From a virus (Duplodnaviria > Heunggongvirae > Uroviricota > Caudoviricetes), in IMG/VR virus record IMGVR_UViG_2740892273_000003: DNA of 44,348 bases; one strand, given 5' to 3'. The position numbers and the translations under genes were made by a program. Numbering within the stretch: position 1 is the stretch's first letter; the number at the start of each line of letters is the position of its first letter. Below the pieces are notes generated by a model. It had not been told where the DNA came from and searched no databases. It worked only from the letters and a program-made list of their open reading frames with translations. Of this stretch, positions 10,757 through 24,903 are shown one piece after another.

Positions 10757-13314
10757 CGTCCACCTCCGGAGAACAGGCCACCATCACGCATCTGTGTCTG
10801 AATTTCATCACGGGCACCCTTGCGGGCCATGTCATACACGGCCTTCATCATCTGTGGACCTGGCAGACCATTCGTACCGTCGTTCTGAATCACCACGTGA
10901 TTGTTCTGATTAAAATTAATGCCTTCAGCCCGCCGCATCTGCGCCGGACTTCCGGCACCGCCCACATAACCACCTTCCGCATAGCCGCGCATCAGCCGGT
11001 AGAGATTCCCCACGCCAATCCGGCTGGTTGCCTCCTTCGTGAAGACAAATTCACCACGGTGAACAATCCCCGCTGGCTCATATTTGCCGCCGGTTCCCGT
11101 AAATCCCCCGGTTGCAAAATGGAATTTCACCGCAGCGGCCTGAATGGCTGTACCACCTGACGCGGATGCGCCGCCACCAACAGCCCCGCCAATGGCGCTG
11201 CCGATACTCCCGACAATCCCCACCATTGCCTGCTTAAGCAGAATTTCTGTCATCATGGACAGCACGGAGCGGGTGAAGCTGCGCCAGTTCTGTTCACTGC
11301 CGGTCAGCATCGCCGCCATATTCTGTGCAATACCATCAAAGGTCTGCGTGGCTGCACTTTTAACCTGTGACATACTGTCCGTGGCGCTCTCTTCCCACTC
11401 ACTCCAGCCGGACTTCAGGCCTGCCATCCAGCTCCCGCGAAGCTGGTCTTCAGCCGCCCAGGTCTTTTTCTGCTCTGACATGACGTTATTCAGCGCCAGA
11501 GGATTATCGCCATACTGTTCCTTCAGGCGCTGTTCCGTGGCTTCCCGCGCTGCCTGCCGGTCAGTCAGCCCCCGGTTTTTCGCATCAATGGCTGCCCGTT
11601 TTGCCCGTTGCTGCTGTGCGAATTTATCCGCCTGCTGCGCCAGCGCATTCAGGTGCTCCTGATACGTAACCTTGTCACCAAGTGCAGCCAGCTGGCGTTT
11701 GTACTCCAGCGTCTCGTCTTTATGCGCCAGCAGGGATTTCTCCTGTGCGGACAGCTGGCGACGTTGTGCCGCCTCCTCCAGTACCGCGAACTGACTTTCT
11801 GCCTTCCACAAATCCCGGCGCTGCTGGCTGATTTTCTCATTCGCTCCGGCATGCTTCTCCAGCGTCCGGAGTTCTGCCTGAAGCGTCAGCAGGGCCGCAT
11901 GAGCACTGTCTTCCTGACGATCGCCCGCATACACCTTCACGCCGGACTGTTTCGGCTTTTTCAGCGTCGCTTCATAATCCTTTTTCGCCGCCGCCATCAG
12001 CGTGTTGTAATCTGCCTGCAGGATTTTTCCGTCTTTCAGTGCCTTGTTCAGTTCTTCCTGACGGGCGGTATATTTCTCCAGCGGCGTCTGCAGCCGTTCG
12101 TAAGCCTTCTGCGCCTCTTCGGTATATTTCAGCCGTGACGCTTCGGTATCGCTCTGCTGCTGCGCATTTTTGTCCTGTTGACGCTGTTGATCTACCCTCT
12201 TTTGGGCTGCATCCCGCTCCAGGCGTTTTTTTTCACGATCATCCCAGTAACGCGCCCGTGCTTCATCGTTAACGAAATAATCATCCTTGCGCAGATTCCA
12301 GATGTCGTCTGCTTTCTTAAACGCAGCCTCTGCCTTAATCAGCATCTCCTGCGCGGTATCAGGACGACCAATATCCAGCACCGCATCCCACATGGATTTG
12401 AATGCACGTGCAGTCCTGTCTGCCCAGGTCTCCAGCGTGCCCATGTTCTCTTTCAGGCGGCGGGTCTGGTCATCAAACCCTTTCGTTGCGGCCTCGTTCG
12501 CCGCCTGCAATGCCCCGGCTTCATCGCCGGAACGCTGCAACTGAGCAACATACGCAATCTGCTCCGCCGTCACGTTATGGAACTGGCGTGCCATCGCCGT
12601 CAGCCCCGACGTCGGGTCTGTGGTCAGCTTCCCGAAGGCTTCAGCGACCTTGTCCACCTCCACGCCGGATGCATAGGAGAAACGCGCCACACTCTGGCTG
12701 ATGGACGCAATCTGAGCCTCACCGCTTACCCCCGCCTTAACCAGTGCGCTGAGTGACTCGCTGGTCTGGTTAAACGTCAGCCCTGCCGCCTGCCCGGCTC
12801 TGGACAGGACCAGCATACGATCTGCCGTCAGTCCCGCCTGATTACCGGAAAGGACCAGCGTTTTGTTGAAATCGGACAGGGTTGAGTTGCCCTGATACCA
12901 GGCATACGCCAGCGCACCGGTCGCCACCGCCAGCGAGGTGGCCCCCACCATCGGCAGGGTGATCGCGCCGGCAAGCCCCCTGAACATGGGGATCATCCCG
13001 CCGAAGGAGTCCTTAACCTGACCACCCTGTTGCAGCAGGATCAGCCAGGGATTCTGCCCCCCTGCAAGCTGCGTGGCCACGTCGGTGAACTGTGCAGGCA
13101 GCATACGCATGGCGGCTTTATACTGCCCGACGGAAATCCCCGCTTTCTGTGCAGCCAGCGCCTGTCGGCTCAGCGACTGTTCAACGACTGCCGCTGTTTT
13201 TTTCGCATCACTTTCCGTACCGGAAAAATGACGCCTGACTCTGGCCATCTGCTCGTCAAATCTGGCCGCATCCAGACTCAAATCAACGACCAGATCGCCT
13301 ACCGGTTCAGCCAT
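10753..13314 (-). CDS. H: Tail tape measure protein H (853 aa)
   Basis: Length identical to lambda H; coiled-coil rich middle; Gly-rich C-terminus; follows G/GT. Confidence 0.85.
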   Translation of the reverse strand: MAEPVGDLVVDLSLDAARFDEQMARVRRHFSGTESDAKKTAAVVEQSLSRQALAAQKAGISVGQYKAAMRMLPAQFTDVATQLAGGQNPWLILLQQGGQVKDSFGGMIPMFRGLAGAITLPMVGATSLAVATGALAYAWYQGNSTLSDFNKTLVLSGNQAGLTADRMLVLSRAGQAAGLTFNQTSESLSALVKAGVSGEAQIASISQSVARFSYASGVEVDKVAEAFGKLTTDPTSGLTAMARQFHNVTAEQIAYVAQLQRSGDEAGALQAANEAATKGFDDQTRRLKENMGTLETWADRTARAFKSMWDAVLDIGRPDTAQEMLIKAEAAFKKADDIWNLRKDDYFVNDEARARYWDDREKKRLERDAAQKRVDQQRQQDKNAQQQSDTEASRLKYTEEAQKAYERLQTPLEKYTARQEELNKALKDGKILQADYNTLMAAAKKDYEATLKKPKQSGVKVYAGDRQEDSAHAALLTLQAELRTLEKHAGANEKISQQRRDLWKAESQFAVLEEAAQRRQLSAQEKSLLAHKDETLEYKRQLAALGDKVTYQEHLNALAQQADKFAQQQRAKRAAIDAKNRGLTDRQAAREATEQRLKEQYGDNPLALNNVMSEQKKTWAAEDQLRGSWMAGLKSGWSEWEESATDSMSQVKSAATQTFDGIAQNMAAMLTGSEQNWRSFTRSVLSMMTEILLKQAMVGIVGSIGSAIGGAVGGGASASGGTAIQAAAVKFHFATGGFTGTGGKYEPAGIVHRGEFVFTKEATSRIGVGNLYRLMRGYAEGGYVGGAGSPAQMRRAEGINFNQNNHVVIQNDGTNGLPGPQMMKAVYDMARKGARDEIQTQMRDGGLFSGGGR

Positions 13315-14145
13315 ACCGGACTCCTCCTGCGATCCCTTCTGATACTGTCATCAGCATTACGTCATCCTCCGTCATGTCCGCCACATCCGGGGAAGCGGGG
13401 ATAACTTCATTCCCGTCCGGGCCAAAGCGGACACCTCCGGCAAGCCCTGCCGCTTTCTGCATCAGCACATCATCTTCAGGCTCTTCGTCAGCCTCGCGCC
13501 GGTTCAGCAGACTGAAATCCAGCGGATGCATCTCCGGATCGCTGAAAAACAGGCTGAGCACGGTGTACGTCAGCCCGGAAAAGTGCATATCCAGCAGAAC
13601 ATCATGAAAATAATGGGTACTGTAAAAGCGGTGCCAGTCGGCATACTCCGTGGATGACATCCCGGCAAGCATGGCGCGCCAGTCGGGTCGCCCCATCTCA
13701 CGCGCCAGTTTCAGGGCAAAACTCAGCTCACCGTCGAACACTTTCCCGCAGAAACAGGCTCTGCAGGCCCGGCGTCCTCTGCCTGTTCAGGAGCATCATT
13801 CACCACAAACTCATACATACCGGACAGCCGGTACACCACGTTTTCAGCATGAGAAATTGCCTCTGTGGGCCAGGTGGTAAGCACTTCCTGCTCAATCTGT
13901 TTAACGGCTTCATTCATGGACGGCATCTGCGTCTTCTTCGGATGGTTATGCCACAGGGACATCGCAACCACAAAAGCGCCGGTTCTGATGGCGTCTTCCA
14001 CAGTAAACTTCCGGTTGCTGTCTGACTCCGCCTGTTCTGCCTGCCGTTTCATCAGGTCGAGATGCTCAATACGCTGCAGGGCTGACAGTTCAGAAAGCGT
14101 GACGGTCACACCGTTATGTTCAAATGATTCGGTTTTCAGGAACAT
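13307..14145 (-). CDS. GT: Tail assembly chaperone GT, produced by programmed -1 frameshift from G into T
   Basis: Slippery heptamer GGGAAAG (minus strand, ~13741-13747) near the G 3' end; the -1 frame continues as VFDGELSFALKLAREMG... (T ORF, 13307-13741). Confidence 0.75.
13723..14145 (-). CDS. G: Tail assembly chaperone G (140 aa)
   Basis: Length identical to lambda G; ends ...PVSAGKCSTVS over the slippery site. Confidence 0.8.
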   Translation of the reverse strand: MFLKTESFEHNGVTVTLSELSALQRIEHLDLMKRQAEQAESDSNRKFTVEDAIRTGAFVVAMSLWHNHPKKTQMPSMNEAVKQIEQEVLTTWPTEAISHAENVVYRLSGMYEFVVNDAPEQAEDAGPAEPVSAGKCSTVS

Positions 14146-14160
14146 CGCTGACTCTCCGGA

Positions 14161-14931
14161 TTAACTGGCGGTGACGTTGATTTCTGCAACCGCAGCAAAC
14201 TCACCATTACCAGATACGACCGGAATGTTGACCTTGCCTGCAGCAACACCTTTCACGGTGATGGTCATACCACTGACCGACACGGTGGCTTTTGTTTTAT
14301 CCGCAGACACCGCACGGAAGCTCTTGTCGGTTGCGCCATCCGGCTGGAATGCCACGGTCAGCGTGGTGCTCTGCCCTTTCACTACGGAAGCACTGGCGGG
14401 TGTCACCGTCATGCCGGTCGTCGCCGTCACCGTGCTGCGATCTTCTGCCATCGACGGACGTCCCACATTGGTGACCTTCACCGTGCGGGTAATCACCTCC
14501 TTCGCCGTCACCGCCTTACCGATACTGCTGACCCAGCCACGGAACACATCGACCGTGCCGTTCGGGAAGCGGATTTTATAGGCACGGGTATCACCTTCAT
14601 TAAACCACGCCAGCAGCGCCTGCTGCCCCTGCTCTCCGGGCATCCACGCCAGCGTGAAGCTGGTATCTCCGGCAGATTTCTGCCCCTGCCCGGTCGCAGT
14701 CCAGTCTGCATCTTCATCATCGAGATAGCTGTCGTCATAGGACTCAGCGGTCAGTTCGCCGGGCGTCAGGTCTTTAACTTTTGCCAGACGCGACCAGTCA
14801 ACGTCTGAAAGCGGGTTCGCATAAGGGTCACCGCTCCCCTTATAAACCCACAGGGTGGTCCCGGCACCTTTCACCGGCATTGTAGGATTTGGTACAGGCA
14901 TAGCGTCCTCACATTTCATAGATAATGACAT
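14161..14931 (-). CDS. V: Major tail protein V (256 aa)
   Basis: Position upstream of G; Ig-like C-terminal region rich in Thr/Val/Ser. Confidence 0.8.
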   Translation of the reverse strand: MSLSMKCEDAMPVPNPTMPVKGAGTTLWVYKGSGDPYANPLSDVDWSRLAKVKDLTPGELTAESYDDSYLDDEDADWTATGQGQKSAGDTSFTLAWMPGEQGQQALLAWFNEGDTRAYKIRFPNGTVDVFRGWVSSIGKAVTAKEVITRTVKVTNVGRPSMAEDRSTVTATTGMTVTPASASVVKGQSTTLTVAFQPDGATDKSFRAVSADKTKATVSVSGMTITVKGVAAGKVNIPVVSGNGEFAAVAEINVTAS

Positions 14932-15304
14932 AAGTCAGATCGGCTGAACTCCACAGGCCCGCATCATCGTCGCGCCGGTAGTCATAGCCGCTGGCCACCA
15001 TACTGGTGATCAAATCTGACAGTGCCGGGATATCGCTCATCACAGGATAAATCCGGGACTCCATCCACGAATCCAGCTCTGAATCCGGCACCTGAGCAGG
15101 CAGGAAAACTTCAATATGCAGCTCCGCCTGCCAGGTATCGCTGTCCAGCTCTTCGCCCGTGTATTCAGCGCCGGTGAGATAAACGGCAATTGCCGGAAAA
15201 TCTTCCTCATCAAAAACAGCGGGGCGACCATCAAAAAGCGTCGCCCCGGTGTCATGCTTCTCCAGTGCATCCAGTACGGCTGCACGGAGTTCAGTATGTT
15301 TCAT
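14909..15304 (-). CDS. U: Tail terminator protein U (131 aa)
   Basis: Length identical to lambda U; gene order Z-U-V. Confidence 0.8.
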   Translation of the reverse strand: MKHTELRAAVLDALEKHDTGATLFDGRPAVFDEEDFPAIAVYLTGAEYTGEELDSDTWQAELHIEVFLPAQVPDSELDSWMESRIYPVMSDIPALSDLITSMVASGYDYRRDDDAGLWSSADLTYVIIYEM

Positions 15305-15879
15305 CGCTTTATTACCATTCTCAGTTGATGCTGCAGCGCATAGCCCAGCTCTTTCGGAAGACGTTCACGCCGTATCCGTTCAATATTCTGTTTAAACGCC
15401 GTGGTCAGCGGCACCGCCATCGGGATTTTCACCACATCAATGGGGTAACGGTTTTTCCCGGCCACACGCTGCATAACATGCCACCGGCCGTTTTTCAGTT
15501 GCTGAATAAACGCGCCGGGAATACGACGGTTACCCACCACAAGCACGCTGCCGCCACCTTTCAGGGATGAACGCTGCCCCTTTTTATGACGCCTGCGGCG
15601 GGACAGGACAACCCGCGCATTACCCAGCTTGATTACGGGCAAATCCCCCCGGTTAACTTTGATTCTGGCCTGCGGATTTTTGACCGTGGCCCTTTTCAGC
15701 CTGGCCCTTTCCTTTACCAGTTTCCGGCGTACCTTTGTCTCACGGGCAACCTGTGACGCAGACTGCGATATCGCGGATGAAGCAACGCGGTTAATGGCCA
15801 TTGCGGCGGCACCGGGCACCGCCGTTTTGCTGATACGGCTGAGGTTTTCAACGGCCTGCTCAAGACCTTTTATGGCCAT
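15301..15879 (-). CDS. Z: Tail completion protein Z (192 aa)
   Basis: Length identical to lambda Z; position. Confidence 0.8.
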   Translation of the reverse strand: MAIKGLEQAVENLSRISKTAVPGAAAMAINRVASSAISQSASQVARETKVRRKLVKERARLKRATVKNPQARIKVNRGDLPVIKLGNARVVLSRRRRHKKGQRSSLKGGGSVLVVGNRRIPGAFIQQLKNGRWHVMQRVAGKNRYPIDVVKIPMAVPLTTAFKQNIERIRRERLPKELGYALQHQLRMVIKR

Positions 15880-15890
15880 ACATCCCCCTT

Positions 15891-16244
15891 TCAGCGGCGA
15901 CGGTTAACGGCAGGCGGTACGCCCCGTCCAAGCCAGAGATGACAACTTCCGCCATCATCCGGCGAAACCCGATCTACCCAGAAATTTTCCTCACCGATGG
16001 TCAGCGTGTCTCCACGCCGCAGCTGCCGCACCTCATCAGTCCGGACAAACAGGGACGGGCTGGAGCCTTCAACGCGCACGCCCTGTCCGGCATAGCTGAT
16101 ATTTTCAGGGTCATCAAAAACACCACGTATCACCGCACCTGACTGCTCACCGGATGTCATGGTGGCTGACGTTCCCATGTACCCGCGTATCGTTTCATCG
16201 GCGCGGGCAATGGCAGCATCGAACAGGTTATCGAAATCAGCCAC
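15891..16244 (-). CDS. FII: Head-tail joining protein FII (117 aa)
   Basis: Length identical to lambda FII; position. Confidence 0.8.
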   Translation of the reverse strand: MADFDNLFDAAIARADETIRGYMGTSATMTSGEQSGAVIRGVFDDPENISYAGQGVRVEGSSPSLFVRTDEVRQLRRGDTLTIGEENFWVDRVSPDDGGSCHLWLGRGVPPAVNRRR

Positions 16245-16255
16245 AGCGCCTCCCG

Positions 16256-16693
16256 TTATTGCATTCTGGCCAGGCCGCGCTCTGTCATTTCGGCTGCCAC
16301 ACCGGCAGAGACACGAAACGCCGTTCCCGGCAGCACAAATGCCACAGGTTTATCCCGCGTGGCGTGAAGTGCATCAGTATGCAGCGTCACCAGTGCCACG
16401 ACCGTGACCAGTTCAGCCGTATCCTGAATCACGGTATCCGGCTGCGCTGATACCACCTCATTTTCATGCCCGGTCAGCACATTTTCCCGGCTGAGAGGGG
16501 TGTCCTGACCGGCAGTTTCATCCGTGTCATCAAGCTCTTCTTCCAGCTCTGCCACACGAAGCGCCAGTTCTTCTTTCGTTCCCGTCAAACTGACATCGCG
16601 GTTCAATTGCTCACCCAGCTCCTGAAGACGGGCAATCAGTTCATCTTTCGTCATGAACTCCTCCACAGAGAGAAAATGGCCCCGAAGGGCCAT
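16256..16693 (-). CDS. FI: DNA packaging protein FI-like (145 aa)
   Basis: Position between E and FII; acidic linker region. Confidence 0.65.
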   Translation of the reverse strand: MALRGHFLSVEEFMTKDELIARLQELGEQLNRDVSLTGTKEELALRVAELEEELDDTDETAGQDTPLSRENVLTGHENEVVSAQPDTVIQDTAELVTVVALVTLHTDALHATRDKPVAFVLPGTAFRVSAGVAAEMTERGLARMQ

Positions 16694-16695
16694 GA

Positions 16696-17721
16696 TTACG
16701 CCAGTTGAACGGACACGAACTCATCAGGATCAGCCAGCAGCATCAGCGGTGCTGACTGAATCATGGTGAACTCACGCGCCGGATCGCCGGTGGTCACCCA
16801 GTTTTTCGGGTAACGGGCAGAAGCGTTAATGCCTTCGCGCTGTGCGTCCGCATCCTGAATGCAGCCATAGGTGCGCAGACCGCGAGCCTGAGTGTTCCCC
16901 AGCACCATCGTGTTGTCCGGCAGGAAGTTCTTTTTGACGCCGTTTTCCACGTACTGTCCGGAATACACGACGATGGCCACATCGCCATACATTCCCTTAT
17001 AGGACACCGCTTTGCCCAGGTCTTTTACCGCTGTCTCCAGCTCGGAATGAGAGCCGCGACGGGTATCCAGCTTCTCCTTGACGGCTTTGAAGGAACGGAA
17101 CAGCGCCCAGCCTTTCGGGTCAAACACGATGATATTCACCACACCGCTGGCGTTCAGCGCGTAGGCTTCGATATCGTCGGTCGGGTCATACGTGGACTTG
17201 TCACGCTTGCTCCACTCCGTGACGCCGGACTGTGTGATGTTGTTCGCCGCACTGCGGCCCATATCCACCTCAACCGGATCGAAGGCTTCACCGGTCATGG
17301 TGTATTTGCCCTTGAGCACGGCAGAAACTGCCTGCATCTCTTCGACCTGAGCAATGGCCAGCTCTTCGTCACGCATGTTCTGCATGATGATGCGACGGCG
17401 GCGGTAAGCCGGGTCCGCCAGATTCTGCGGATCTTCATCCGGCAGGCGACGCAGGGTCATCTGCGGATTCACCTCATGCTTGGGTTTGACATATCCCGGC
17501 GTAAATTCAGAGGTGGAGCCGCCACGGGAACGGATAACCTCACCGGAAACAATCGGCGAAACGTACAGCGCCATGTTTACCAGTCCCGGAATTTGTGAGA
17601 GATAGACTTTCTCCGTAGTGAAGGGATAGCTCTCACGGAAAAAGAGACGCAGAAACAGCGGATCAAACTTAAATTTCTGCTCATTTGCCGCCAGCAGCTG
17701 GGCGGTTGTGTACATCGACAT
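16696..17721 (-). CDS. E: Major capsid protein E (341 aa; track ORF extends 9 codons upstream)
   Basis: Sequence from MSMYTTAQLLAANEQKFKFDPLFLRLFF matches lambda E as recalled; length 341 aa from that start. Confidence 0.85.
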   Translation of the reverse strand: MSMYTTAQLLAANEQKFKFDPLFLRLFFRESYPFTTEKVYLSQIPGLVNMALYVSPIVSGEVIRSRGGSTSEFTPGYVKPKHEVNPQMTLRRLPDEDPQNLADPAYRRRRIIMQNMRDEELAIAQVEEMQAVSAVLKGKYTMTGEAFDPVEVDMGRSAANNITQSGVTEWSKRDKSTYDPTDDIEAYALNASGVVNIIVFDPKGWALFRSFKAVKEKLDTRRGSHSELETAVKDLGKAVSYKGMYGDVAIVVYSGQYVENGVKKNFLPDNTMVLGNTQARGLRTYGCIQDADAQREGINASARYPKNWVTTGDPAREFTMIQSAPLMLLADPDEFVSVQLA

Positions 17722-17776
17722 AAAAAAATCCCGTAAAAAAAGCCACACAGGCGGCCTTTAGTGATGAAGGGTAAAG

Positions 17777-18109
17777 TTAAACGATGCTGATTGCCGTTCC
17801 GGCAAACACGGTCCGTTTTTTCGTCTCGTCGCTGGCAGCCTCCGGCCAGAGCACATCCTCATAACGGAACGTGCCGGACTTGTAGAACGTCAGTGTGGTG
17901 CTGGTCTGGTCAGCAGCAACCGCAAGAATGCCAACGGCAGCACCGTCGGTGGTGCCATCCCACGCAACCAGCTTACGGGTGGAGGTGTCCAGCATCAGCG
18001 GGGTCATTGCAGGCGCTTTCGCACTCAATCCGCCGGGCGCGGTTGCGGTATGAGCCGGGTCACTATTGCCCAGCGGCTGGTAATGGGTAAAGGTTTCTTT
18101 GCTCGTCAT
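17777..18109 (-). CDS. D: Capsid decoration protein D (110 aa)
   Basis: [12 protein letters not shown]... matches lambda D as recalled; track ORF has 2 extra upstream codons. Confidence 0.85.
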   Translation of the reverse strand: MTSKETFTHYQPLGNSDPAHTATAPGGLSAKAPAMTPLMLDTSTRKLVAWDGTTDGAAVGILAVAADQTSTTLTFYKSGTFRYEDVLWPEAASDETKKRTVFAGTAISIV

Positions 18110-18118
18110 AAACATCCC

Positions 18119-19418
18119 TTACACTGGTGTGTTCAGCAAATCGTTAACGGCATCAGATGCCGGGTTACCTGCAGCCAGCGGTGCCGGTGCCCCCTGCATC
18201 AGACGATCCAGCGCAGTGTCACTGCGCGTCTGTGCACTCTGTGGTGCTGCGGCCAGAATACGGCGGGCCGTTTCCACGGTCATACCGGGGGTTTCGGCCA
18301 GCACGCGTGCCTGTTCTTCGCGTCCGTGAGCCTCCTCACAGTTGAGGATCCCCATAATGCGACTGTTTTCTGCCGCAACCGCTGCGGTGATCTGCGCGTT
18401 CACGTCCGGCTGCGCCGCGCTGGCGTTCTCGCCCTCCGTCGCTTGCACCACGCCAGTAACGTCAGCCTGCGAAGCAGTGGCTGAAACAGTTGTTGATTGA
18501 GTCTCTTTGGTCATTCGCCCTCCTGAGAGACGGGATTTACGTGCATCCAGTGCATCACGCATGACGGTGATCGCATCGGTACTGTTAACAAGTTCATCAG
18601 CCAGTCCGGCATCAATGGCCTCCTGACCGCTGTACACTGCAGCCTCGGTATCCAGCACAGCCTGCACGGACAGGCCGGTATATGCCGACACCTTCTGTGC
18701 AAACATCCGGCGGGTTGCATCCATCCGGGACTGCAATGTTTCCCGGACATCATCCGGTAGATGGCTGTAGGGGTTGCCATCCACCTTATGGCTGCCGCTG
18801 TAAATCAGCGTGATTTCCACGCCCTGTTTCTCCAGTGCAGCGCCGTAATTACTGTGAGCCATCATGACGCCGATGGAGCCTGTCCGGGCGGTCTGCGTGA
18901 CCAGACGCCGGGAGGCGGCACTGGCAAGCAGCTGACCTGCGCTGCAGTTCATGTCATTGGCCAGCGCCCATACCGGCTTTATGTCACGCACACGGGCGAT
19001 GATGTCAGCGCAGTCAAATGCTCCCGCCACCATTCCGCCCGGTGTGTCCATATCGAGCAGAATGCCGTCCACCATCGGGTCGCTGGCAGCCTGTTGCAGA
19101 CGGGCGATAATGCCGTTGTAACCGGTCATCCCCGAGTACGGCTGCAGCGCCCGCGTCCGGCTGACCAGCGTGCCGGACACCGGCAGCACGGCGATGCCGT
19201 TCATTACCTGATAACTGCGGGCCTGTCGTGGTCCGTCATCATCACCGGATAACGCCAGCGCCGCGGGTGCCTCTCCGGCAGTCAGGCTGTCGCCGGATAC
19301 TGCATCCGTCAGGCAGCTGATCCCAAGCTGGCCTGCAAGCGCACAAAAGAAAACCCGCGCATAGGCGGGTTCAAGCATCAGCGGCTCATTAAAAGCCATG
19401 CTGGCAATATGCGGGAGA

Positions 19419-19438
<20 letters not shown>
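18119..19438 (-). CDS. C: Capsid assembly protease / scaffold C (about 439 aa from a GTG start)
   Basis: Sequence from (V)TAELRNLPHIASMAFNEPLMLEPAYARVFF matches lambda C; the track ORF (to 19573) is an upstream in-frame extension overlapping B. Confidence 0.7.
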
Positions 19439-23119
<3,681 letters not shown>

Positions 23120-23145
<26 letters not shown>

Positions 23146-23665
23146 TCAGCAACCCCGGTATCAGTTCATCCAGCGCGGCTGCTTTGTTCATGGCTTTGAT
23201 GATATCCCGTTTCAGGAAATCAACATGTCGGTTTTCCAGTTCCGGAAAACGCCGCTGCACCGACAGGGGGATCCCGTCGAGAATACTGGCAATTTCACCT
23301 GCGATCCGCGACAGCACGAAAGTACAGAATGCGGTTTCCACCACTTCAGCGGAGTCTCTGGCATTTTTCAGCTCCTGTGCGTCGGCCTGCGCACGCGTAA
23401 GTCGATGGCGTTCGTACTCAATAGTCCCTGGCTGGAGATCTGTCTCGCTGGCCTGCCGCAGTTCTTCAACTTCCCGGCGCAGCTTTTCGTTCTCAATTTC
23501 AGCATCCCTTTCGGCATACCATCTTATAACGGCGGCAGAGTCATAAAGCACCTCATTACCCTTGCCACCGCCTCGCAGAACGGGCATTCCCTGTTCCTGC
23601 CAGTTCTGAATGGTACGGATACTCGCACCGAAAATGTCAGCCAGCTGCTTTTTGTTGACTTCCAT
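23120..23665 (-). CDS. nu1: Terminase small subunit Nu1 (181 aa)
   Basis: MEVNKKQLADIFGASIRTIQNWQEQGMPVLRGGGKGNEVLYDSAAV... is near-identical to lambda Nu1 as recalled. Confidence 0.9.
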
Positions 23666-23699
23666 TGTTCATTCCACGGACAAAAACAGAGAAAGGAAA

Positions 23700-23880
23700 C
23701 GACAGAGGCCAAAAAGCCCGTTTTCAGCACCTGTCGTTTCCTTTCTTTTCAGGGGGTGTTTTAAATAAAAACATTAGGTTACGGCGAAGAAGAACGGAAA
23801 CGCCTTAAACCGGAAAATTGTCATAAATAGCGAAAACCCGCGCGCCTTCCGCCCCGTAACCTGTCGGATCACTGGAAAGG
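23700..23880 (-). other. cos: cos site (cosB with Nu1/IHF-binding region, and cosN)
   Basis: Minus strand reads ...ACGGGGCGGAAGGCGCGCGGGTTTTCGCTATTTATGACAATTTTCCGGTTTAAGGCGTTTCCGTTCTTCTTCG..., closely matching the lambda cos region; the candidate 12-nt cohesive end GGGCGGAAGGCG lies at ~23843-23854. Confidence 0.7.
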
Positions 23881-23955
23881 ACCCGCAATGATAATAATTA
23901 TCATCTGCATGCCGCAACACCTGAAAGTCAACGCGCCCTGAAAGCTGATTTGCTG

Positions 23956-24270
23956 TTACAAGCAATGCTTTTTTCTTTTTGTTTTATTGCTCATTGCCAC
24001 CAACTGTTCAGCCATCTCTCTTGTCACACTACCAGAAACCCTTTCTTGAATTTTCACAGAAAATTTTCTGGATGTAGTAGCATCGACATTAAAAAATCTG
24101 GATGTCATCAGGCAGTTATTAACAATTGGCATCAGCTCACTTACGATTGTAAAAAATTCCCGGTAAAGCTCATTTTGCTTTTCAACACACAGCTTTCCAC
24201 AATCGTCCAGCTTACGCTCAAGAGCACTTAACCTTTCCATTATTGAATTAATTTTTTGCAACTCTTTCAT
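23956..24270 (-). CDS. Hypothetical protein (104 aa) between the lysis genes and cos
   Basis: ATG at ~24270 preceded by AGGAGG at 7-nt spacing; the longer track ORF (to 24531) is an upstream extension running through a centromere-like palindrome. Confidence 0.5.
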   Translation of the reverse strand: MKELQKINSIMERLSALERKLDDCGKLCVEKQNELYREFFTIVSELMPIVNNCLMTSRFFNVDATTSRKFSVKIQERVSGSVTREMAEQLVAMSNKTKRKKHCL

Positions 24271-24294
24271 CAAAACCTCCTGACAAAGATACCG

Positions 24295-24310
24295 TGCGAC
24301 CACGGTCGCA
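24295..24310. repeat. sopC-like centromere palindrome copy 1 (TGCGACCACGGTCGCA)
   Basis: 16-bp inverted repeat with 7-bp arms TGCGACC/GGTCGCA; one of five copies in the window. Confidence 0.6.
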
Positions 24311-24514
24311 CGCTCCTGAATACATGCCCTGTTTCTTCCACCCTCGCACAGGACTGGCGAGCATGAGGGACAAACCCGCGAATCATTAGCGCGGTAAAAA
24401 CCCGGTGTGCATCGTTTTTGATTATTTCCGCACACTCGCGCAGAGGAGTTCCCCGTCGGGCTACGGTCATGGTTAATGCGGAAATACGGCGACGATGCAG
24501 CGCGGTATTTAATG

Positions 24515-24530
24515 TGCGACCACGGTCGCA
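24515..24530. repeat. sopC-like centromere palindrome copy 2 (TGCGACCACGGTCGCA)
   Basis: Identical 18-mer GTGCGACCACGGTCGCAC to copy 1, about 220 bp away in the same orientation. Confidence 0.6.
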
Positions 24531-24550
24531 CACGAGAAACAAAGAGATTT

Positions 24551-24862
24551 TTATGCTACAGAGGAACAAGCTGGCGGGTAATTCAGCGTAGTGAATACCG
24601 GCATCTCCATCTTGTATGCGTAATGATACTCAGCAGTTGCTCCAGCAGACGCTTTCCAGCCAGGAAGCATCAAAATAGCATCAGCACAACGAAGCATTGC
24701 AAAGCAAATATCCATGTATTCACGTTGTGTCAGACCATTAGGCAAAGTGGCTGGATTCAAGACAGAGTGACCATGTCGTGACAAACGATCTGCCTCTTTA
24801 TTAAAGGCGTCACGATTAAAGTTCTCATATCCAGTCATTGGCCCGGCAATATAAATTTTCAT
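24551..24862 (-). CDS. DUF4406-like protein (103 aa, nucleoside 2-deoxyribosyltransferase-like fold)
   Basis: MKIYIAGPMTGYENFN...VLNPA pattern recalled for DUF4406 proteins; occupies the post-Rz position. Confidence 0.45.
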   Translation of the reverse strand: MKIYIAGPMTGYENFNRDAFNKEADRLSRHGHSVLNPATLPNGLTQREYMDICFAMLRCADAILMLPGWKASAGATAEYHYAYKMEMPVFTTLNYPPACSSVA

Positions 24863-24903
24863 TCACTATCCAACAAATTGAGTTCGTTTTTGATACAGAG
24901 GGA

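Noticed and set aside
11144-12756. Several plus-strand ORFs of 170-190 aa
   Set aside because: Antisense to the tape measure gene H, whose length and position match lambda; no start context.
24270-24569. 99-aa ORF spanning the interval between centromere copies 1 and 2
   Set aside because: No ribosome-binding site; its ends are created by the palindromes themselves; the adjacent 104-aa gene has the strong RBS.
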